The notes beneath the pieces were generated by a model. The model did no database searches, was not told the origin of the DNA, and saw only the letters and a program-made list of their open reading frames with translations. Of a DNA stretch of 64,000 nucleotides, positions 57,386-64,000 are shown piece after piece (the stretch's first letter is position 1; every line of letters starts with the position of its first letter). The position numbers and the translations under genes were made by a program. The DNA is from Candidatus Latescibacterota bacterium (GTDB taxonomy: Bacteria > Latescibacterota > UBA2968 > UBA8231), in assembly GCA_036011085.1 (NCBI GenBank), contig DASCMS010000003.1:7059-71058 (forward strand). Direction: 5' to 3'.

Positions 57386-59395
57386 ATGACCACTGACGAT
57401 ACGGACAGCACGGCAAACGCGCACGCCGCCCTGCCGGGGGCCGGGCCGATCGCCTGGACACCGGATCCCGAGCGCATGGCCGGGTCCAACCTGCAGGCCT
57501 TCCTCGATCGCTGGGACCTGTCCGGCTTCGACGAGCTCATGCAACGCTCGACGGCTGACGTCGAGTGGTTCACCAGCGCCGTGCTCGAGTTTCTGGGGAT
57601 TCGTTTCGCCGTGCCCCCTGAGCAAGCCGTCGATCTGTCCCCGGGGATCCAGAGACCGGTCTGGTGTCCCGGCGGCCGGCTGAACATCACCACCAGCTGT
57701 CTGGACCGCTGGCTGGAGTCGGAACGGACCGCGTCCCGTCCGGCACTGATCGCCGAGCTCGAGAACGGCTCGCACCGGAGCCTGACCTACGCCCAACTGG
57801 CAGACGAGGTGGGGCGGTGCTCGAACGCCCTGCGCGGCCTCGGACTGGGACCGGGTGACCGCATCGGTCTCTTCATGCCCATGACGGTGGAGATCGTCGT
57901 CGCCCTGCTGGCCCTGGTCCGCATCGGCGCGGTGGTTCTGCCCCTTTTCTCCGGTTTCGGCGCCGGCGCCGTCGCCCAGCGCCTGGCGGACGCCGACGCC
58001 GTGGGCCTGATCACCGCCGATGGCTTCTCGCGAAAAGGGGCGACGGTGCCGCTGAAACCCGTGGCCGATGAGGCTCTGGCCAAGGTGGCGTCGGTGGACA
58101 CGGTCCTGGTCCTGCGCCATGCGGGCATCGATGTCGACATGCGTTCCGGTCGCGACCACTGGTGGCACGAAGTGGTCGCCCAGGCCCTCTCGGATGCCCC
58201 GGCAGCCGACACCGCTGCAGAGGACCCATTGATGGTCATCTACACCTCCGGGACCACCGGCAAACCAAAAGGTGCCGTGCACACCCACTGTGGTTTTCCG
58301 GTGAAGGGCGCTCAGGACATGTGTTTCGGTACCGATGTGCATGCCGGGGACCGGGTGCACTGGGTCACCGACATGGGCTGGATGATGGGGCCCTGGCTCG
58401 TATTTGGCGCCACGCTGCTGGGCGCCACGGCCTTCGTCTTCGAGGGTGCGCCTGACTGGCCGGGGCCAGATCGGCTCTGGCAGATGGTTGAGCGACACCG
58501 CCTCAACCAGGTCGGGCTCTCCCCGACGCTGGTTCGATCCCTTACATCATTCGGGGACAACCCATTAGCCGATACAGACCTGTCCAGTCTGCGCTGTTTT
58601 GCCTCTACGGGCGAGCCATGGAACCCCGAGCCCTGGCATTGGCTGTTTGACCGGGTAGGAAGCGGAAGGATCCCTATCGTCAACTACTCGGGAGGCACCG
58701 AGATCAGCGGTGGTATCCTCATGGACAATCCCCTCCGACCGGCCAAGCCGGCAGCCTTTGCCGCTCCCTGCCCCGGTCTGGCCGTCGACGTCGTCGACGC
58801 GGACGGCAATCCGGTGCGTAACGGTGTGGGCGAGTTGGTGATACGGACACCCTGGATCGGCATGACGAGAGGCTTCTGGAACGATCCTGAGGGGGTGAGG
58901 TACACAGAGACCTACTGGTCACGCTGGCCGGCGATGTGGGTACACGGTGATCTGGCCATGGTGGATGACGAGGGCTACTGGTGGATTCTGGGGCGATCCG
59001 ACGACACCATCAATGTGGCCGGCAAACGGGTGGGACCGGCAGAATTCGAGTCCATCCTCGTCTGCCACCCGGACGTCGTGGAGGCCGGGGCCGTGGGAGT
59101 ACCCCATGCGGTCAAGGGGTCGGAGGTGGTTTGCTTCTGCGTCCTCACCCACACAACCCCACGCTCGGAACGAACTGCCCAGCTCGCCACCGCCCTGAGT
59201 GACTCCGTGGCCGGCGAACTCGGCCGCCCCCTGCGGCCGGGCAGGATCCTGTTCGTCGACGACCTGCCGCGAACCCGAAGTGCCAAGGTCATGCGACGGA
59301 TCCTGCGGGCAGCCTATCTCGGAGAAGATCCCGGTGACACCACGAGCCTGGTGAATCCGGAGGCCATCGACGCCGTACGACGGGTCGCCGGGTGA
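57386..59395 (+). CDS. AMP-forming acetyl/acyl-CoA synthetase
   Basis: YTSGTTGKPKG, DMGWMMG, STGEPW, YSGGTE, HGD, GRSDD, LPRTRSAKVMRR. Confidence 0.92.
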   Translation: MTTDDTDSTANAHAALPGAGPIAWTPDPERMAGSNLQAFLDRWDLSGFDELMQRSTADVEWFTSAVLEFLGIRFAVPPEQAVDLSPGIQRPVWCPGGRLNITTSCLDRWLESERTASRPALIAELENGSHRSLTYAQLADEVGRCSNALRGLGLGPGDRIGLFMPMTVEIVVALLALVRIGAVVLPLFSGFGAGAVAQRLADADAVGLITADGFSRKGATVPLKPVADEALAKVASVDTVLVLRHAGIDVDMRSGRDHWWHEVVAQALSDAPAADTAAEDPLMVIYTSGTTGKPKGAVHTHCGFPVKGAQDMCFGTDVHAGDRVHWVTDMGWMMGPWLVFGATLLGATAFVFEGAPDWPGPDRLWQMVERHRLNQVGLSPTLVRSLTSFGDNPLADTDLSSLRCFASTGEPWNPEPWHWLFDRVGSGRIPIVNYSGGTEISGGILMDNPLRPAKPAAFAAPCPGLAVDVVDADGNPVRNGVGELVIRTPWIGMTRGFWNDPEGVRYTETYWSRWPAMWVHGDLAMVDDEGYWWILGRSDDTINVAGKRVGPAEFESILVCHPDVVEAGAVGVPHAVKGSEVVCFCVLTHTTPRSERTAQLATALSDSVAGELGRPLRPGRILFVDDLPRTRSAKVMRRILRAAYLGEDPGDTTSLVNPEAIDAVRRVAG

Positions 59396-59450
59396 GTCTA
59401 TTTTCAAGTCTGTAAGCGGGCGATCTGCGGACGATCAGCGCTGACTGGGA

Positions 59451-60272
59451 TCAGGGGTCCAGAAGCGGAAAGAGTGGAGCCACTGCGCCGAACATCCCCG
59501 GGAATCTGAAAAGCGGGTCATCAGCCCCACGGATGCGGCTGATGACAGCGGGAGTCAACATGGCCCTGGCGTCATCGAACAGGGCCGGCAGCCCCCCGGC
59601 TTCGTAGCTTCCGGCGGTCGCCGCAAGGTCCTGAGCTCTGGCGACCTCCGGACTGTCACCGACAACGCTGGCCATCTCGCTGAAGAGCCCGTCGAGCCGC
59701 GACCGGGCACCGGTCAGATCCCGGCACAGCGACTCAAAAGCTGCCGTCGTGCACGCCAGACGGGGTCCAGGATCTGCCGGCACGTCCTGACCGGCCAACG
59801 TCAGCGGCGCCGCGTGGCCTGCCAGGGGTGATCGATCCTCCGTCTGGAAGGAGACGAGCACCCGGCCACCGGGTCTGGGCCGTCCGCGGAACCGGACGAT
59901 GCTCCCCGGCTCGACGAGAATCGTCTCCCCTTCAGCCACCTCTCTGGTACTGGGACCGTCAAGGCTCAGTGTATCGACCCAGGCCTGCTCAGCATGATGA
60001 ACCCGCACATGCTCCAGAGGACGGCCGGATAGTCCACAACGGCCAAACGGCACTGAGATGCCGACCTCTCCCGACACCGAGATTCCTGGCTCAACAGATT
60101 GTCCCACATGCAGTTCCAGCTCCCTGGCCAGAGCCTCTGCTGCCGCGGTCTCGGTCACATGCACCGGCTCATACGCGGCCGATGATACCTCGCGGGCGCG
60201 AAATAGTACCGCGTAACCGAACAGGCGCGTTCGCAGGATGGCGCGTCGCCCGTCGGCATCGAGGCTGGCCAT
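59451..60272 (-). CDS. Hypothetical protein with possible cupin-like beta-barrel
   Basis: TGATG overlap with upstream aminotransferase; EGETILVEPGSIVRF. Confidence 0.6.
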   Translation of the reverse strand: MASLDADGRRAILRTRLFGYAVLFRAREVSSAAYEPVHVTETAAAEALARELELHVGQSVEPGISVSGEVGISVPFGRCGLSGRPLEHVRVHHAEQAWVDTLSLDGPSTREVAEGETILVEPGSIVRFRGRPRPGGRVLVSFQTEDRSPLAGHAAPLTLAGQDVPADPGPRLACTTAAFESLCRDLTGARSRLDGLFSEMASVVGDSPEVARAQDLAATAGSYEAGGLPALFDDARAMLTPAVISRIRGADDPLFRFPGMFGAVAPLFPLLDP

Positions 60273-61561
60273 CAGCGCAACTGGTCGGCGTTCTCCGACA
60301 CCTTGCGGAAGGCGGCGACGAACTGGTCGATGACGGCTGGCCGGTGATGCTTGAACCACGGGATCGAGTAACACCGTCCCGGCAGCGTCTCGGTCACGGG
60401 CAGGCTCCCGGCGGGCTGCCGTAAATCCCTGTCGGAGAATGCAATACGGGTTGGCTTTCCATCGCCGAAGACATCGAACTCGTTCAGCATGGGGTGTTCA
60501 TGCATCAATATATTCGCCCCGGGGGTGATCCTGCACCCCGAACCTTCGATCTCGGCGTTGACGCCCTCGCAGAATCTGGCCACGGGGAGGCCATCGAGCT
60601 CCTCGGCGACGTACAGCCCTTTGGCGGCATACCAGCCCCCCATGGTGCTGCCGGATTCCTGCGGCGGTCGGTGCGGCCTGATCCCCTGCACCCCTTCGAG
60701 CTGATCCCAGAAGTAGTTCATCGCCTGCTGAATTTCGGCCACACGCTCGTCGTAGTAACGGAGCTGGACCCTGCCCACAGCAGAGGACAGCTGGTGCATG
60801 CGGTGTTTGTAGCCGCCGATCGGCATACCTTTCAACCGGCTCAGATCGGGATTCTCCAGGCCGGGGATCCGTTCGTAATGACCGAAGGCGGCGGCACGCT
60901 CATAGATGCCGTCGTCATCGGTGACGAGGAAGCCCCCTTCGCCGCAGGCCAGAGACTTTCCGGACATGATCGACATGGCCCCCACATCCCCGATCGTCCC
61001 AAGAAGCCGCCCCTTGTAGAGACCGCCCTGGGCGTGGGATACATCTTCCACGACCTTGAGGTCGTGCCTGCGGGCGATTTCCATCACGGGGTCCATGTCC
61101 GTAGGATATCCCGAGTAGTGCACAGGCACGATCGCCTTCGTCCGGTCCGTGATATGGCGTTCGATGTCGGCGGGGTCCAGGCAGAGGCTCTGGGGTTCCA
61201 TCTCGGCAAAGACGACCGTTGCCCCCAGAGAGAAGACCTGCAGCGAGGTCCCCCAGTAGGTCATGCTCTGGGCGATGACCTCGTCTCCCCGGCGCACGCC
61301 GCAGGCCCAGAGGGCCGCCTGAATGGCCGCTGTGCCAGTATTGTGACACAGAGCGTGCTTCTTGTCGAAGTATACGGCCAGATCTGCCTCGAACTTCTGC
61401 GTTACATCGGTGGCCGACATGGCGCCTCGCCGCAGCACTTCCAGCACCGCCTGTTCGTCCTCGCTGGTAACGATGGGCCAGGTGAACAGGTCGCCCATAT
61501 CCGTCGTCACCGCCTTCCTCCCGCCTTGAGCCGCCAGCTTCACGTCGCCTGCAACCGTCAT
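60272..61561 (-). CDS. DegT/DnrJ/EryC1/StrS PLP aminotransferase
   Basis: GAGG RBS; NTGTAAI, GDEVI, VHYSG, EDVSHAQG, SGKSLACGEGG. Confidence 0.93.
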   Translation of the reverse strand: MTVAGDVKLAAQGGRKAVTTDMGDLFTWPIVTSEDEQAVLEVLRRGAMSATDVTQKFEADLAVYFDKKHALCHNTGTAAIQAALWACGVRRGDEVIAQSMTYWGTSLQVFSLGATVVFAEMEPQSLCLDPADIERHITDRTKAIVPVHYSGYPTDMDPVMEIARRHDLKVVEDVSHAQGGLYKGRLLGTIGDVGAMSIMSGKSLACGEGGFLVTDDDGIYERAAAFGHYERIPGLENPDLSRLKGMPIGGYKHRMHQLSSAVGRVQLRYYDERVAEIQQAMNYFWDQLEGVQGIRPHRPPQESGSTMGGWYAAKGLYVAEELDGLPVARFCEGVNAEIEGSGCRITPGANILMHEHPMLNEFDVFGDGKPTRIAFSDRDLRQPAGSLPVTETLPGRCYSIPWFKHHRPAVIDQFVAAFRKVSENADQLR

Positions 61562-61575
61562 TTCCTCTACCTCCT

Positions 61576-62556
61576 CTACATCGTGGTCGCCGAGCCACCA
61601 CCCAGCTTCTTGAGCTGGAGGGTGGACGGCATCTGATCATGCTCCCAGACCCGTTCGATCACACCATCCTTGATATACGCCAGGCGGGGATACCCATGCC
61701 GCCAGGTGAGTCTCATGAAATCGGAGCTGGAAACCGAAGCAATCGTATAGCGGGGGCGCATCTGCTGCACGAAGCCGGCCAGATAGGGTGAATCGGGGGG
61801 AAATTCATTCAGGGCAACGATCCGAGGGACACCGGGGGTATCGGCCCAGTCGTTCAGCTTGGGCACGGTGCTCTTGCATCGGCCACAGCGAGGACTGAAC
61901 AGCTCCAGCAGGTAGGCTCCCTGACTCAGATCGACCCCCTCCACGCCCTTGAGCTCAAGACCCGTCAGCCGCACGCCGGCCGTCAGGTCTGAGTTGGCCA
62001 CGCGGTCGGATTCGGGTGCGAACCGCAGAACGAGCAGTCCGAGAGCGAGTACGCCGGCGCCGATCACGAGGCGCGACGCCTGCGGCCAGGAGGCCGCCGT
62101 CCAGCGATCCCTGCCCCAGCGCCAGGCCACCAGCAGCAGCGCCAGCATGACCACGTCCTCCACCAAGGCCTCACCCGGCGTTCTCTCGGTCAGAGCCCCG
62201 AAGCAACCACAGTCGATGTGGGCCTCTTTCTGCCAGGCCATGGCGGTGATGCCGATGAAGAGCACCATCATTCCCGTAGCGGCGGGCAAGGTGATCTTCG
62301 GACGCCAGCAGGTGATGAGGGCGGCACCGACGAAGACTTCAAGAGGCGCCAGCACCAGCGCGAGCCGTCCCAACTGCGGCCAGGCCTCGCGACCGGCTTC
62401 GAGCAGTTCGACGTAAGAGATCGCCTCCCAGTAGAACACGACGGGATCGAAGGACTTGGCCACGCCGGCCACGACGAAGACGAACCCCATCAGGATGCGC
62501 GCTACAGCGCCCGCCGTTGCCAGCCCCGTGGATCGTGCCGCGGGTGTTTCAGTCAT
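61576..62556 (-). CDS. MauE/DoxX-like membrane domain fused to a thioredoxin-like domain
   Basis: AGVAK, DCGCFG, TM helices; C-terminal FSPRCGRC and YP cis-Pro-like motif. Confidence 0.8.
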   Translation of the reverse strand: MTETPAARSTGLATAGAVARILMGFVFVVAGVAKSFDPVVFYWEAISYVELLEAGREAWPQLGRLALVLAPLEVFVGAALITCWRPKITLPAATGMMVLFIGITAMAWQKEAHIDCGCFGALTERTPGEALVEDVVMLALLLVAWRWGRDRWTAASWPQASRLVIGAGVLALGLLVLRFAPESDRVANSDLTAGVRLTGLELKGVEGVDLSQGAYLLELFSPRCGRCKSTVPKLNDWADTPGVPRIVALNEFPPDSPYLAGFVQQMRPRYTIASVSSSDFMRLTWRHGYPRLAYIKDGVIERVWEHDQMPSTLQLKKLGGGSATTM

Positions 62557-62657
62557 GGGTACTTCTCCCTTCAGCTGCGGTGAATCTGCTCATTGTCGCC
62601 CCCCGCCACAATGGCATCGTCATGGCGCCATACCGCAATGGTAGCCATCTTTGAGCC

Positions 62658-63851
62658 ATGCGCATCCACATGGTCACCGGTGATGACCTGACTCAGTTCC
62701 GCGGTGGCACCATTCACCTGATGGAACAGGCTGAACACCTGCTGGCCCTGGGCCACGATGTCACGCTCTTCGCCCAGGATCGCGGCCCGTTGCCCCAGCC
62801 GACGCCGGTGCCCATCCGCTACCTGCCGGCCGTCGGTGGCGGCATGGTACGCCTTCTCAGTTACAATCTGTGTCTCTTCGTCGTCCTGATCTGGTCCGGG
62901 CTCCGGTGGCGACCGGACATCATGCATACGCGGCAGATGGGGTACTCGGCGACCCCGTTGGTTGCCGCATGGTTATTGCGGGTCCCCCACGTGCTCGAAG
63001 TCAACGGTGTCCTGCGTGACGAACTGGCCGGGCAGGCACCGCCCGGATGGCGGTTGAGGCTGATCGATCTTTTCGCCCGGCTCAACCTGCACCGCTCGGC
63101 GGCCTTTACCACCACAACAACCGAGTACCGCGATCGCTTGCGGACGCTTTACGATATCGATCCCCGTCGCTGGACGCAGATGCCCTGTGGCGTCAACGAG
63201 GAGCGTTTTCGCCCTGGAAATCGGGACGCCGCCCGCGAGCGTCTCGAGTTGCCGACGGCGAGTTTCGCCCTGCTTCACGTGGGCTCGCTCTACGACTGGC
63301 GCGCCCTCGACACACTCATCGAGGCACTTGCCAGGCTCGACACCGCACGTGTACCCGACTGCCAGCTCTGGCTCGTCGGCGATGGCGTCGAACGCCCTCG
63401 CCTGCAGGCTCTGAGCCGTGAACTGGGAATCGCGGAACGGGTGCGTTTCGTCGGCCAGGTCCCCTATGCACAGGTTCCGGAATGGCTCGTCGCCGCCGAC
63501 GTCGGTGTCGTGCTCTACAAACCGACGCGCCCCGTACCCGGCGATCCGATGAAGATCTACGAGTACATGGCGTGCGGCCTGCCGGTGCTGGCGGGTGACT
63601 ACCCTCACTATGGCGGCATCGTCGACGAGGCAGAGGCCGGTATCGTCGCCGATGACAGCGATCCTGGCGCCCTCGAGGACGCGATCTACCGGCTCTACGA
63701 AGATCCTGAGGCTCGCGGCGGCTTCGGTGAGCGCGGCGCCCGGGTCTCGGCGCGCGACCACACGTGGCGACGCCGGGCCGAACAGTTGGCGGCGTTGCTG
63801 GAGAAGGTGAGAACGGTCGAAGCGAAACCACGGTCTGAGGCCAGCGCATGA
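62658..63851 (+). CDS. Glycosyltransferase family 4
   Basis: GGTIH, EVNG, PCGVN, VGDG, PMKIYEYMACGLPV. Confidence 0.93.
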   Translation: MRIHMVTGDDLTQFRGGTIHLMEQAEHLLALGHDVTLFAQDRGPLPQPTPVPIRYLPAVGGGMVRLLSYNLCLFVVLIWSGLRWRPDIMHTRQMGYSATPLVAAWLLRVPHVLEVNGVLRDELAGQAPPGWRLRLIDLFARLNLHRSAAFTTTTTEYRDRLRTLYDIDPRRWTQMPCGVNEERFRPGNRDAARERLELPTASFALLHVGSLYDWRALDTLIEALARLDTARVPDCQLWLVGDGVERPRLQALSRELGIAERVRFVGQVPYAQVPEWLVAADVGVVLYKPTRPVPGDPMKIYEYMACGLPVLAGDYPHYGGIVDEAEAGIVADDSDPGALEDAIYRLYEDPEARGGFGERGARVSARDHTWRRRAEQLAALLEKVRTVEAKPRSEASA

Positions 63852-64000
63852 GTGAAGTACGTGCCAGCCTCATCATTCCATCCTTTGGCCGTCAGGAGTT
63901 TCTGCGCCAGACCGTGGACCGCTTTCTCGCATTTCCCTTTGCAGGCTGGGAACTCATCGTCGTCGACCAGACCCCCGCCGCATCCGCCGGCCTGCGCCAG
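63848..64000 (+). CDS. Glycosyltransferase family 2 (partial, runs off the window)
   Basis: ATGA overlap; MSEVRASLIIPSFGRQEFLRQTV...WELIVVDQ. Confidence 0.8.
   Translation, partial: MSEVRASLIIPSFGRQEFLRQTVDRFLAFPFAGWELIVVDQTPAASAGLRQ

Overview
GC-rich (roughly 65% by eye), gene-dense bacterial chromosomal window with about 60 CDS and one initiator tRNA. I saw no transposase, integrase, prophage or CRISPR array. 0.1-9.3 kb is an envelope/ribosome-maturation block: lipoprotein, tandem-LysM protein, phoH, 7TM-HD (PgpH-like), ybeY, CorC/YbeX-like, tRNA-fMet, a stand-alone sigma-70 region-4 protein, and an Lnt carrying an extra C-terminal lipase-type alpha/beta-hydrolase domain. The rest is mostly long, translationally coupled runs of sugar/sugar-acid/amino-sugar catabolic enzymes and transporters mixed with housekeeping genes (trpB2, panB, pabB-pabC fusion, RNase II family, acyl-CoA synthetase, glycosyltransferases). 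This content suggests an uncultured heterotroph such as Latescibacterota or a related FCB-group lineage (inference only). Best leads: (1) the Lnt-lipase fusion coupled to a sigma4-only protein; (2) a lower-GC gap at 9.3-9.77 kb between convergent genes holding a 40-aa hydrophobic ORF, a ~160-nt rod-like fold and a 13-6-13 palindrome; (3) a MoxR-like AAA+ ATPase with a large partner lacking a canonical MIDAS motif; (4) an unlisted 59-aa membrane protein inside the sugar ABC operon. All calls come from motif recognition by eye; no searches or folding programs were run.
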